The notes: generated by a model not told the origin, from the letters alone. DNA of 64,000 nucleotides from an uncultured Planctomycetota bacterium (GCA_963752285.1 CAVVXN010000005.1:1568001-1632000), one strand, 5' to 3'; positions 1 to 9,548 are shown, counted from the first letter of the stretch. Program-made: numbers and translations.

Positions 1-252
1 CTGATCCCCGTGTTCGAGGCGCTCTGGGCGAGGACCATGGAGCGGGGCCTTCCCATCGGGGTCGCGCCCGGGATCCACGTGAGCCTCGTGCTGCTGCCCG
101 ACGAGGCGCGCTGGCTCGTCCGGGACCCGGCGCTCCTCCGCGCGTTCGCCGGGCGGGAACGGCGCCGCCGGATCCAGAAGGCCGCGTTCGCCACCGCGTT
201 CTACGGCCGCCTCGCGCTCCGCCGGCGGGCGGCGTCGCCCGCACGCGGATAG
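1..252 (+). CDS. Hypothetical protein, 3' part only (gene starts left of the window)
   Basis: Frame is open from base 1 to TAG at 250-252 with host-like GC3-rich codons; no family motif recognised. Confidence 0.5.
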   Translation: MIPVFEALWARTMERGLPIGVAPGIHVSLVLLPDEARWLVRDPALLRAFAGRERRRRIQKAAFATAFYGRLALRRRAASPARG

Positions 253-260
253 CCCGTCCG

Positions 261-944
261 TCAGGACAGGTGGAGGTGGTCCAGGTGCGGCCCCGAGGCG
301 TCCCCGGACGAGAGTCCCGGAGGATGGGGCTCGTCCGCGTCGCTCGCGAGCTGGTCCCAGAAGCGGAAGAACGCCTCGCGCGTGATGGTCCAGCGCCCGC
401 CCTGCTTCTTCCACGGGCCGAGGCGGCCCTCGTGGATGCGGCGGCGCACCTCGCGCTCGTCCAGGCCGAGCTGGGGCGCGACGTCCTTCGGGGATAGCAC
501 GGGCTGGTCGAGCGGTGCCGCGCGGTGGTTTCCGCCGTCGAGGTCGATGCGGTCCCAGCCCCGGGGCGCCTGCATCGCGGTCAGGACGTCCGCGATCACC
601 CCCTCCCGAAACGTCTGGACCATGGAGAGCCACGCGCTCGCGGAGGTCGTGCTGTACGCGCCGCGACGGTAGTCCTGGATCAGCTCGCGAACCTGGGACT
701 CCCGCTCCTCGACCCTCCGGAGCGCCCACGCGTTCCGGCCGCTCGCCTCGATCTTCGTGGCGACGGCGCGAAGCCCCGCGGGGCTCGCGTACACGGCGTG
801 CGCGATCGGTGCGCCGATCACCGCGTCGGGGTCGTCCGCCGCCAGCGCCTCGTACGGTCCAGAGAGCGCGTCGAGGGCGAGGCTCACCGCCTCGCGAACG
901 CCCTCCAGGGCCTCGCAGACGTCTCCTTCGCCCAGGTCGCGCAT
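261..944 (-). CDS. Protein with C-terminal excisionase-like (HTH_17/MerR-type) DNA-binding domain
   Basis: C-terminal VLSPKDVAPQLGLDEREVRRRIHEGRLGPWKKQGGRWTI pattern; ATG at 944 preceded by GGAG. Confidence 0.65.
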   Translation of the reverse strand: MRDLGEGDVCEALEGVREAVSLALDALSGPYEALAADDPDAVIGAPIAHAVYASPAGLRAVATKIEASGRNAWALRRVEERESQVRELIQDYRRGAYSTTSASAWLSMVQTFREGVIADVLTAMQAPRGWDRIDLDGGNHRAAPLDQPVLSPKDVAPQLGLDEREVRRRIHEGRLGPWKKQGGRWTITREAFFRFWDQLASDADEPHPPGLSSGDASGPHLDHLHLS

Positions 945-1216
945 GCGTGCTCCGTGTCTATGGGGACGTCCAACGGACATCCGAGTACGCCCGCGATTCT
1001 ACCTGCGAACCGCGCAGTGGAGACCGCCGTGAAGGGCGGGGAAAGCGTTGACGAGCGGCCGTGCACAGGGAGTCGGCCCCGGCCGAATTCCCTTGTCGTG
1101 CCGCAGGATCGTCCCTACCGTGATTCCGTCCCGGGCGGGGGCAGGTCGGGCGCGGGCATCCCGAGTGGTTCCACGCGCCGGGGTCTCCGTTCCCAGGGAT
1201 GGAGACGGCTGCGAGG

Positions 1217-1477
1217 ATGCCCGAGACGCGAGTCTACGTCGGGAACCTTCCCTTCGCCTGTAGCGAGGAAGAGCTCGCCCGCATCTTCCGACCGTATGGC
1301 GAGGTCGCGTCGGTCGAGCTCATCGTCAAGCGCCAGAACGGTCGCCCGCGCGGTTTCGCCTACGTCGAGATGCGTCAGGTGGACGGGGCGAGGAGCGCGA
1401 TCGAGGGACTCGACGGCGTCACGTTCTCGGGCCGCACGCTGAAGGTCGCGCAGGCCCTGCCGCCCAATCACGCCTGA
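1217..1477 (+). CDS. RNA-binding protein, single RRM domain
   Basis: RNP2 VYVGNL and RNP1 RGFAYVEM; C-terminal GRTLKV. Confidence 0.93.
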   Translation: MPETRVYVGNLPFACSEEELARIFRPYGEVASVELIVKRQNGRPRGFAYVEMRQVDGARSAIEGLDGVTFSGRTLKVAQALPPNHA

Positions 1478-1722
1478 CCCGCGAGGCCGGGGCCCGACCC
1501 GCGCCCGAGGGCGAGGGCGGCGACCACGTCGCGGCCGGACGGGCGCGCGCGGCGCCGAAGGCCCCGAGCGGTAGCGCCGAAGCACGCGGTTGGCGCCCGG
1601 CCCCTGGCCCGGAATCGGCCCGCGATCTACCATGACGCGCGAACGAGGGCACCCCGCCGCGCGGAGGTGTCTGGACCCGAATGCGCGGGCGAGGCGCCCC
1701 CGAGACCCGAAGGGGGGCCGCC

Positions 1723-2193
1723 ATGACGAGTCGTCGTTTGACCGCGTTCCTCGACGCGAACGGCGTCGAGTACGAGATCCTCCATCACCGCCCGGACTTC
1801 ACCGCCCAGGAGACCGCCGAGGACACGCACACGCCGGGACGCGAGTTCGCCAAGACGGTGATCCTCGACGTCGGCGTGGGAGGGCACGCGATGGCCGTCG
1901 TGCCCGCCGTCTGCCATCTCGACCTCGAGCGGATCCGCCACGAGATCGGCACGAGCCGCGTACGGCTCGCCGACGAGTCGGAGATGCGGGCGCTCTGTCC
2001 CGACTGCGAGGTCGGCGCGGCGCCGCCGTTCGGGAACCTCTACGCGGTGCCCGTCTTCGTCGATCCCTCGCTCGCCGAGGACGAGTACGTCACCTTCAAC
2101 GCGGGATCGCACGACACCGCGGTCCGGATGCGCTATTCCGAGTTCCGGCGCCTCGTCGCGCCGACCGAGCTCGGGATGGTGGCGTACGCCTGA
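1723..2193 (+). CDS. YbaK/EbsC family aminoacyl-tRNA deacylase-like protein
   Basis: FAKTVIL, LADESEM, CEVGAAPPFG and FNAGSH motifs. Confidence 0.9.
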   Translation: MTSRRLTAFLDANGVEYEILHHRPDFTAQETAEDTHTPGREFAKTVILDVGVGGHAMAVVPAVCHLDLERIRHEIGTSRVRLADESEMRALCPDCEVGAAPPFGNLYAVPVFVDPSLAEDEYVTFNAGSHDTAVRMRYSEFRRLVAPTELGMVAYA

Positions 2194-2262
2194 ACGCGCG
2201 GGCCTCGGGACCGGTGCACGTCGCGCCGGCCGCCGGCGCGGGACCGTTCCCCGCGTCGTACC

Positions 2263-3369
2263 ATGACCCGATCCATGACCGAAGACGCCTCCCCCTTCAC
2301 GGTACCCACGCGCTGGTGGCACCGGCTCGACGACGGTCGCGTGCAGTGCGACCTCTGCCCCCGCCTCTGCCGACTCCACGACGGGCAGCGGGGCTTCTGC
2401 TTCGTCCGCGCCGCGCGGGACGGCGCCGTCGTGCTCGAGAGCTGGGGCCGCGCGAGCGGGTTCTGCGTGGACCCGATCGAGAAGAAGCCGCTGGACCACT
2501 TCCTCCCGGGAACCGCGGTGTTGTCGTTCGGCACGGCCGGCTGCAACCTGGGCTGCCGCTTCTGCCAGAACTGGGACATCTCGAAGTCGCGCGAGATCCA
2601 GACGCTCTCCGAGCCCGCCCGGCCCGAGACGATCGCCGCCGCCGCCGAGCGTCTCGGGTGTCGGAGCGTCGCGTTCACGTACAACGACCCCGTGATCTTC
2701 TCCGAGTACGCCGTGGACGTGGCCCGCGCGTGCCACGATCGGGGCGTCAGGACCGTGGCGGTCACGGCGGGCGAGATCCTGCCGGAGCCGCGCGTCGAGC
2801 TCTTCGCCCACATGGACGCGGCCAACATCGACCTGAAGGGCTTCACGGAGCGGTTCTACAAGGTCCTCTGCTCCGCGAGCCTCGCCCCGGTTCTCGACAC
2901 GCTCGAGTACGTGCGCCACGAGACCTCCACCTGGCTCGAGATCACGACCCTCCTGATCCCGGGGTGGAACGACGCGGACGCCGAGATCGACGAGATGACG
3001 ACGTGGGTCGCCGATCGCCTCGGCGTGGACGTCCCCCACCACTTCACGGCCTTCCACCCCGACTGGCGCCTCCGCGACGTGCCGGCGACGCCGCCCGAGA
3101 CGCTCTCGCGCGCGCGGGAGATCGCCCGAAGGAACGGCCTTCGTCACGTGTACACCGGAAACGTCTACGACCCCGAGGGGCAGAGCACGCGCTGCGCGGG
3201 GTGCGGGGCGGTCGTGATCGGGCGATCCGGGTACGAGGTGACGGCCTGGCGTCTCGACGCGGTGGGCCGGTGCCGCGCCTGCTCCGAGCGCCTTCCGGGC
3301 GTCTTCGAGGAGGCCCCGGGGACCTGGGGCGCGCGTCGCCTCCCGGTCCGGCTCTCCTCCGCCGTCTGA
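2263..3369 (+). CDS. amrS: AmmeMemoRadiSam system radical SAM enzyme
   Basis: N-terminal CDLCPRLC...C, VDPIEKKPL.HF.PG, CNLGCRFC (CxxxCxxC), AFTYNDP, C-terminal CxxC pairs; alternative start at 2275. Confidence 0.92.
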   Translation: MTRSMTEDASPFTVPTRWWHRLDDGRVQCDLCPRLCRLHDGQRGFCFVRAARDGAVVLESWGRASGFCVDPIEKKPLDHFLPGTAVLSFGTAGCNLGCRFCQNWDISKSREIQTLSEPARPETIAAAAERLGCRSVAFTYNDPVIFSEYAVDVARACHDRGVRTVAVTAGEILPEPRVELFAHMDAANIDLKGFTERFYKVLCSASLAPVLDTLEYVRHETSTWLEITTLLIPGWNDADAEIDEMTTWVADRLGVDVPHHFTAFHPDWRLRDVPATPPETLSRAREIARRNGLRHVYTGNVYDPEGQSTRCAGCGAVVIGRSGYEVTAWRLDAVGRCRACSERLPGVFEEAPGTWGARRLPVRLSSAV

Positions 3370-3423
3370 CCCGCGTCGGATTTCGCGCGATAGCATGGCG
3401 GCCTTCGCGGAGGAGGGTCCCCC

Positions 3424-3960
3424 ATGGTGCGTCCGCTCCGTCTCCCGCCCGGCAGCGTCCGGGCCCTCCTCCTCCTCGGGCTGACCGCACGCGCGGTGCT
3501 CGAGCTCCGCCGCGCGAGCGACCTCGAGCCGTGGCTCGTCGCCGCGGTGGCGATGGCCGCGGCGTCGTACTTCGCGGCGCGTTCGGCCGGCATGGGCAAC
3601 CGGGCGCCGGCGCACCGCCATCCGCTCTACCTGCCGGCGGGAACGGTGCGGCTCCTCTTCCTCGTCGCCGCCGCCTACGGCGCGTGGCTGTGGTTCCACA
3701 CGCACGGGACCTCCATCGGCGCCCTCCCCGTGATCTGGATCTTCATCGCGTACGCCCTCGGCCTGATCGTCCGGTGGGTGAACCGAAGGCGTCTCTACTC
3801 GCTCGAGGCCGCGGCCACGTACTTCGAGCACCTGAGCGCGGTCGTCTCGCTCCTCGCCGTGGCGGCCCTCGTGTGGCGCGGCGTGACGCCGGCCGACTCG
3901 ACGGGATGGGTGGACCCGCTCCTCGCGGCGATCGGCGTCCACTACTTCGCGACGCGGTGA
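3424..3960 (+). CDS. Hypothetical integral membrane protein with internal duplication
   Basis: About 6 hydrophobic segments; repeated PL.LP.G(S/T)VR.L and YFA.R motifs; SD GGAGG upstream. Confidence 0.75.
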   Translation: MVRPLRLPPGSVRALLLLGLTARAVLELRRASDLEPWLVAAVAMAAASYFAARSAGMGNRAPAHRHPLYLPAGTVRLLFLVAAAYGAWLWFHTHGTSIGALPVIWIFIAYALGLIVRWVNRRRLYSLEAAATYFEHLSAVVSLLAVAALVWRGVTPADSTGWVDPLLAAIGVHYFATR

Positions 3961-3996
3961 CGCGCGTCCCGGGGCGGAGGACGAGAGCGCGGCGTC

Positions 3997-5010
3997 TCAC
4001 GCCTCCGGCGGGACGCGCCGCGCGAGGAGGAAGGCTTCGTCCGCCTCGAGGAGGCCGTCGCCTCGCCGCCAGCGGAGCCCGGCGACGCGGGATCCCTCGT
4101 CCGCGAGGCGGACGGCGGTCAGGGCCGCGCCCCGGAGGTCGGCACCCTCCAGGTCCGCGCCACGCAGGTCCGCGCCCTCGACGTCGGCGCCCCGAAGGTC
4201 CGCACCGCGAAGCGACGCGCCCCTCAGGTCCGACCGGGAGAGGTTCGCCTCTCGGAGATCCACCCCGTCGAGCCGGGCTCCGCGCAGGTCGCTCGCGCGG
4301 ATCGCGAGCCCTCGCAGGTCGCGGTCGAGCGGATCCCAGCCCGCGAGGTCCACGCCGAGCAGCCGCCGACCGCGGAAGGCGCCGAGTCGTCGCGCGGTCC
4401 GGAGTCGGAGGACGTCTTCGGGCCGGATGGTCCCGGTCACGAAGCGCTCCTCGCGACTCGGGTCGGCGTCGTTGTGGTAGCCGGCCTCGCGCTCCCAGTA
4501 GCCGAGCGGGTCGGTGGCGAGGAGCTCGACGCGCCGCAGCCACTTGAGGCTCTTGTAGAGGTAGCGGCCGGGCGTCAGCGTGCGCACCGGCCCGCCGTGC
4601 TCGAGGGGAAGGGCCCCCCCCTCGAGACCATGGACCACCCAGGTCCCCTCGCGGGCGATCCGAACGGGGATCGTCGTGTCGTGCCCGCGTCGCGAGTGCG
4701 CCACGAGGCGCACGAACCGGGCCTCGTCGGCGGCCCGGGCGCGATCGAGCCACCGGGCCAGGGGGAAGCCCACGAAGGCGACCGCGCGGCGCGTCCAGCC
4801 CGTGACGCAGTGGAGGTCGAACGTCAGCGCCGTCGCGGGTTCTCGACGAAGCTCCGCGATCGAGACCGAGAAGGGCGCTTCGACGAGTCCCGTCACCTCG
4901 ACCACGAGCCCGTCGGGATCGACGTCATCGCCGAAGGGGGTCGCCTCGCCCACGAGCGGGAAGCGGCGCGTCTCGACCTGACCGGGCGGGAGGGACGACT
5001 CGTCGGGCAT
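3997..5010 (-). CDS. Molybdopterin-dependent oxidoreductase (sulfite oxidase/MsrP-like domain) fused to pentapeptide repeats
   Basis: LPPGQ, DLHCVTGWT, LEHGGPVR, YKSLKWL...GYWE..GYH; C-terminal (A/S)DLRG pentapeptide repeats. Confidence 0.88.
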   Translation of the reverse strand: MPDESSLPPGQVETRRFPLVGEATPFGDDVDPDGLVVEVTGLVEAPFSVSIAELRREPATALTFDLHCVTGWTRRAVAFVGFPLARWLDRARAADEARFVRLVAHSRRGHDTTIPVRIAREGTWVVHGLEGGALPLEHGGPVRTLTPGRYLYKSLKWLRRVELLATDPLGYWEREAGYHNDADPSREERFVTGTIRPEDVLRLRTARRLGAFRGRRLLGVDLAGWDPLDRDLRGLAIRASDLRGARLDGVDLREANLSRSDLRGASLRGADLRGADVEGADLRGADLEGADLRGAALTAVRLADEGSRVAGLRWRRGDGLLEADEAFLLARRVPPEA

Positions 5011-5056
5011 CGCCCGGCCAGCGTACGCCGGCACCGGCGCCGCGCGCGGCCCGGCG

Positions 5057-5635
5057 TCAGCGGGCGCGGGACGGGGCCGAGCGCCTCGCACCGTCCACGA
5101 GCCGGACGGCCGGCGCGACGTGACGCAGCACGAAGGCGGCGGCGGCGACGCGCGGCCTCGCGCGCTCGAAGACGACCGCGAGCGCGTGGCGTTCCCGTCC
5201 CGAGTCGCCGCAGAGCTCCTGGCGGGTGCCGACCGCGAGCGCGCCCGCGCCGAGGAGCGCGCACCGGGCGCACGGGGCCGCGTCGTCGGGCGCGGGCTCC
5301 GTGTCCACGTTCGCGACCAGATGGCGCGGGCCCCAGGCGTCGAGGGGGAGCCGCGGGTCGCCGAGCGCGCGGTCCACGGCGAGCGGCACGCGAAACGTCT
5401 CGGCGCGCCGGACCTCGCCCTCGCCGTGGCACCACGACACGACGCCGACCGGCACGAGCAGGCCGTCGGCGCAGATGGCGTCGAACACGCGGACCTCGCC
5501 CGTCGCCTCGACGCCCGCGAGCGAGAGGCCCTCGACTCCGGTCCGTTCGTCGCGCGCGCGGAGGTAGAACCCCGCCACGTCCGAGCCGGCCGGGGCGAGC
5601 GCGGGGACCGACCCGCAGGCGACGCAACCTCGCAT
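5057..5635 (-). CDS. Hypothetical Cys-containing protein
   Basis: Fills the gap between genes with host-like codons; CVAC and CARC motifs; family not recognised. Confidence 0.45.
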   Translation of the reverse strand: MRGCVACGSVPALAPAGSDVAGFYLRARDERTGVEGLSLAGVEATGEVRVFDAICADGLLVPVGVVSWCHGEGEVRRAETFRVPLAVDRALGDPRLPLDAWGPRHLVANVDTEPAPDDAAPCARCALLGAGALAVGTRQELCGDSGRERHALAVVFERARPRVAAAAFVLRHVAPAVRLVDGARRSAPSRAR

Positions 5636-5812
5636 CGAGAGCTCCTCGGAGAGGAACGCGCGCGCGCCTCTCCCAGATGACTTCGGCCGGTACGCGGCCG
5701 GCCCTTGAGCCGGCGCGCCGCCCGCGTCACGGTCGTGTCAGCGGACGCGGTCGCGCACGCGTCCTTCCGCGCGGGCGCGGACCCGCGCCGAAGAGCCCGT
5801 AGAATCCGCCCC

Positions 5813-6496
5813 GTGACCACCGTCGTCGCCGAGGCGCTCCACCGCCACCACCGCCTCGGCCAGGGAAACGTCGTCTGCGCGCTGGACGGCGTGGACCTCC
5901 GGGTCGGGGACGGGGAGCGCGTCGCGATCCTCGGGCGGTCGGGATCCGGGAAATCCACGCTGCTGAACCTCGTGGGCGGCCTCGACCGCGCGACCTCCGG
6001 GCGCGTGGTCGTGGACGGCGAGGACCTCGGGCGCCTCTCGGAGCGGGCGCTCGCGCGGTACCGGCGCACGACGGTCGGGTTCGTGTTCCAGTCGTTCCAC
6101 CTGCAGCCGCGCTTCCCGGCGTGGGAGAGCGTCGCGCTGCCCCTCGTCTTCGAGGGCGTGCGCCGTCGCGAGCGGCGCCGGCGCGCCTTCGAGATGCTCG
6201 ACCGCGTCGGTCTGGTCGCGCGCCGAGAGCACCGGCCGAGCGAGCTCTCCGGCGGCGAGCAGCAGCGGGTCGCCCTCGCGCGGAGCCTGGTCGGCCGTCC
6301 CCGGCTGCTCCTCGCGGACGAGCCGACGGGCAACCTCGACAGCGCGACGAGCGGCCAGATCGTGGACCTGATCCTGGACCTCGCCGTGACCGGCAGCACG
6401 GTTCTCGTCGTGACCCACGACGACACCCTCGCCGCGCGGCTCGGGACCCGCGTCGTCCACATGGCGGACGGTCGCGTCGTGGAGCCCCGCCGGTGA
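5813..6496 (+). CDS. ABC transporter ATP-binding protein (LolD/MacB-type)
   Basis: Walker A GRSGSGKST, VGFVFQSFHL, LSGGEQQRV, LLADEPTGNLD, VTHD. Confidence 0.93.
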   Translation: MTTVVAEALHRHHRLGQGNVVCALDGVDLRVGDGERVAILGRSGSGKSTLLNLVGGLDRATSGRVVVDGEDLGRLSERALARYRRTTVGFVFQSFHLQPRFPAWESVALPLVFEGVRRRERRRRAFEMLDRVGLVARREHRPSELSGGEQQRVALARSLVGRPRLLLADEPTGNLDSATSGQIVDLILDLAVTGSTVLVVTHDDTLAARLGTRVVHMADGRVVEPRR

Positions 6497-8016
6497 GGAG
6501 CCTCTTCGGACTCGCGTTCGACGGGCTGCGGCGGAAGCCCGGTCGGAACCTCCTGACGCTCGCGGGGGTCTCGATCGGCGTGCTCGCGCTGACGATGATC
6601 GTCTCGCTGGGCCAGGGCCTCGCCTCGCTGGTGACGACGACCGTCTCCGGCGAGGACAACCTGAGGCAGATCGGCGTCTCCCCCGGGTTCGGGTTCCGGA
6701 TCGGCGACGAGGGCCGCGTCGAGATCCGTGGCGTCGAGGACGCGGAGCGCCGCGCGCGGCTCGAGCGGGCCGCGCGCGCGCGAACGCGACCGGGGACGAT
6801 CGTGGGGAGACGGGCGGAGGCCCTCGACGACGCGGTGCTCGCCGAGATCCGGAAGATCCCCCACGTGGAGCGTGTCGAGCCGCTCGTCCTCGAGCGCTAC
6901 CGCCTCCGGGAGGGCGACCACGAGAGCGAGGCGAGCGCGAGCTTCGGCGTGGACGTGGGGCGCCGACGTCTCGAGAATCGGGTGGTCGCAGGTCGCTACT
7001 TCTCGAGCCCCGACGCGCACGAAGCGCTCGTGGACGAGTTCCTCGCGTACCGGTGGGGCTACGTCACGAAGGAGGACCTCGCGCGCCTCCTGGGGAAGAC
7101 GCTCGTGCTCGTGCCCATCCAGAACCAGGATCCGTCGTCGTTCCTCGGTCCGGCTTTCGCGGCGCGCATCCTCGGCCAGATGGACCTCTCCACCCTCTCC
7201 GACGAGGAGATGGAGGTCCTCCCGGGCCTCGTCGAGAAGATGGCGAGGTGGTGGTGGTCGGGCGGGCACGCGACGGAGCCGGCGGCCGCGCCCGGCGCGT
7301 CGGAGACGACCCTCGAGATCGTGGGCGTCGCGCGCGAGCTCGAGCCGAAGGACCCGCTCCGGCTGATCGAGGACAGCATCTCGCTCCAGGCGGACGTGTT
7401 CCTCCCGCGCGACGTGGCGGTGGACCTCTTCCTCGCCCAGCCGGTGAACCGCGAGCTCGGCTACGGCCGGGCCCTGGTCACCGTGGACCGCGCGGCGGAC
7501 GCCGCCCAGGTCGAGTCGGACCTCCGCGACCGCGGCCTCACCGCGTTCAGCGTGGCGTCCGTCGTCCAGCGCATCGACGACCTCCTCTCGGGCCTCACGA
7601 TCGTCGTGTCGCTCTTGACCGGCATCGCCCTCTTCGTCGCGGCGCTCGGCATCGTGAACACGATGGTCACGAGCGTGCTCGAGCGGACGCGCGAGATCGG
7701 GCTCTGGAAGGCCGTCGGCGCGACCCGGGGACAGGTCCGGACCGTGTTCCTGCTCGAGGCGCTCGCGATCGGGGTGGTCGGCGCGGTCCTCGGGCTCGGC
7801 CTCGCGCTCCTCGCGATGGTGCCGCTCGACCACGTGGCGGCCCGCATGATCGCCGAGCGCGCGACGGTGCCGCTCCAGGGCCGGGCGTTCGTCGTACCGA
7901 CGTGGCTCCCGGTGGCCGACGTCCTCCTCGCGGCGACCGTGGCCGTCCTCGCCTCGCTCTACCCCGCGCACCGGGCGGCGACCGTGGACCCGGTCCGCGC
8001 ACTCCACCACGAGTGA
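6493..8016 (+). CDS. ABC transporter permease (MacB/FtsX family)
   Basis: GTGA overlap with the ATPase; N-terminal TM, large periplasmic domain, SVLERTREIG..KAVGA, YPA.RAA.VDPV.AL. Confidence 0.92.
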   Translation: MRSLFGLAFDGLRRKPGRNLLTLAGVSIGVLALTMIVSLGQGLASLVTTTVSGEDNLRQIGVSPGFGFRIGDEGRVEIRGVEDAERRARLERAARARTRPGTIVGRRAEALDDAVLAEIRKIPHVERVEPLVLERYRLREGDHESEASASFGVDVGRRRLENRVVAGRYFSSPDAHEALVDEFLAYRWGYVTKEDLARLLGKTLVLVPIQNQDPSSFLGPAFAARILGQMDLSTLSDEEMEVLPGLVEKMARWWWSGGHATEPAAAPGASETTLEIVGVARELEPKDPLRLIEDSISLQADVFLPRDVAVDLFLAQPVNRELGYGRALVTVDRAADAAQVESDLRDRGLTAFSVASVVQRIDDLLSGLTIVVSLLTGIALFVAALGIVNTMVTSVLERTREIGLWKAVGATRGQVRTVFLLEALAIGVVGAVLGLGLALLAMVPLDHVAARMIAERATVPLQGRAFVVPTWLPVADVLLAATVAVLASLYPAHRAATVDPVRALHHE

Positions 8017-8064
8017 GCACCCGACCCCACGCCGCCCCCCGGGCGGTCGCGCGTCGCGGGGCGG

Positions 8065-8781
8065 TCACTCGCCGAGGTAGGCCTCCTGGATGCGGGGATC
8101 CTCGCGGAGGTGCGCGGCCGGTCCGTGGATCGTGATGGAGCCCGTCTCGAGCACGTACGCGCGGCGCGCGAGCGACAGCGCCATGTTCGCGTTCTGCTCG
8201 ACCAGGAGCACCGTCGTGCCGCGGCGCGCGAGATCGCGGATCACCTCGAAGATGCGCCGCACGACGAGCGGCGCGAGGCCCAGCGAGGGTTCGTCCAGCA
8301 GCAGGATCAGGGGCTCCAGCATCAGCGCCCGTCCGATCGCGAGCATCTGCTGCTCGCCGCCGGACAGCGTCCCGCCGAGCTGCCCCTTGCGCTCTCCGAG
8401 CACGGGGAAGAGATCGAACACGTGGTCCCTCCGCGAGCGCCGTGTCGCGGCGTCGCGCACGAGGAAGGCCCCCATGTCGAGGTTCTCCTCGACGGTGAGA
8501 CGCGGGAAGATGCGGCGCCCCTCCGGCACCTGCACGACGCCGCGCTCGACCACCTGGTGCGGCTTCGCGCCCACCAGCTCCTCGTCCCGCAGACGGATGC
8601 TGCCCCGGCGCGGCTTGACGACCTGCGAGATCGACATGAGCGTCGTGGTCTTGCCGGCGCCGTTCGCGCCGATCAGGGCGACGACCTCGCCCTCGTCCAC
8701 GTGGAGCGACACGCCCTTCAGGGCCTCGATCGCGCCGTAGCCGGCATCGACCTCCTCCAGCACGAGGAGCGGCCCGCTCAC
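8065..8781 (-). CDS. livF: Branched-chain amino acid ABC transporter ATP-binding protein
   Basis: GANGAGKTT, QVPEGRRIF, LSGGEQQMLAIGRALM, DEPSLGLAP, VEQN. Confidence 0.93.
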   Translation of the reverse strand: MSGPLLVLEEVDAGYGAIEALKGVSLHVDEGEVVALIGANGAGKTTTLMSISQVVKPRRGSIRLRDEELVGAKPHQVVERGVVQVPEGRRIFPRLTVEENLDMGAFLVRDAATRRSRRDHVFDLFPVLGERKGQLGGTLSGGEQQMLAIGRALMLEPLILLLDEPSLGLAPLVVRRIFEVIRDLARRGTTVLLVEQNANMALSLARRAYVLETGSITIHGPAAHLREDPRIQEAYLGE

Positions 8782-9548
8782 GAGAGGTCCTCCTTGCCGA
8801 GATACGCTTCGATGACCGCCGGGTCGGAGCGTACCGCCTCGGGCGCCCCGTCGGCGATCTTCTCGCCGTGGTCCAGCACGACGATGTGGCTCGCGATCCG
8901 CATCACCACCCGCATGTGGTGCTCGATCAGCACGATCGTGACGCCGCGCTGCTGGATCTTCGCGATCAGGTCCACGAGCTCGAGGCTCTCGCGCGGGTTC
9001 ATGCCCGCGGCGGGCTCGTCGAGGAGCAGGAGGCGCGGCCCCGTCGCGAGCGCCCGGGCGATCTCGAGGCGTCGGCGGGCGCCGTACGGCAGGCTCGTGG
9101 CCGTGGCGTCGCGCCAGGCGCCCAGGCCGACGAACTCGAGGAGCTCTTCCGCGTGGTCCCGCGCCTCGCGCTCGGCCGCGCGCATGCGCGGGGTCCGGAC
9201 GAGCGCGGCCAGGACCGTGTAGTGCGCACGGCAGTCGCGCCCCGTGACCACGTTCTCGAGCGCGGTCATCTGCCCGAAGAGGCGGATGTTCTGGAACGTC
9301 CTCGCCATGCCGAGCCGCGTGGCCTGGTGGGGCTTCGCGCGCGTCACGTCGCGCCCCTCGAAGCGGATGGTCCCCGACGAGGCCGTTCCCACGCCCGTGA
9401 TGCAGTTGAAGAACGTGGTCTTCCCCGCGCCGTTCGGCCCGATGATGGCCGTCACGGCGCCCGGCTCGACGGCAAGCGACACGCTCTCCACGGCCACGAG
9501 GCCGCCGAAGCGCTTCGTCACGCGGTCCGTCTCGAGGAGCGCGGTCAT
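8778..9548 (-). CDS. livG: Branched-chain amino acid ABC transporter ATP-binding protein
   Basis: KRFGGL.AV, GPNGAGKTT, ARTFQNIRLF, DEPAAGMN, IEH.M, VIEAYLG. Confidence 0.93.
   Translation of the reverse strand: MTALLETDRVTKRFGGLVAVESVSLAVEPGAVTAIIGPNGAGKTTFFNCITGVGTASSGTIRFEGRDVTRAKPHQATRLGMARTFQNIRLFGQMTALENVVTGRDCRAHYTVLAALVRTPRMRAAEREARDHAEELLEFVGLGAWRDATATSLPYGARRRLEIARALATGPRLLLLDEPAAGMNPRESLELVDLIAKIQQRGVTIVLIEHHMRVVMRIASHIVVLDHGEKIADGAPEAVRSDPAVIEAYLGKEDLS

Noticed and set aside
1590..4547. 985-aa and similar very long Arg/Pro/Gly-rich ORFs throughout the window (e.g. 11434-13470, 47514-50018, 56938-60972, 60954-63965)
   Set aside because: Shadow or antisense frames of real genes; stops are rare at this GC content and they carry no family motifs
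3997..8010. 1337-aa ORF as one protein
   Set aside because: Only the last 337 aa (from 5010) are a real protein; the rest is antisense to the ABC genes
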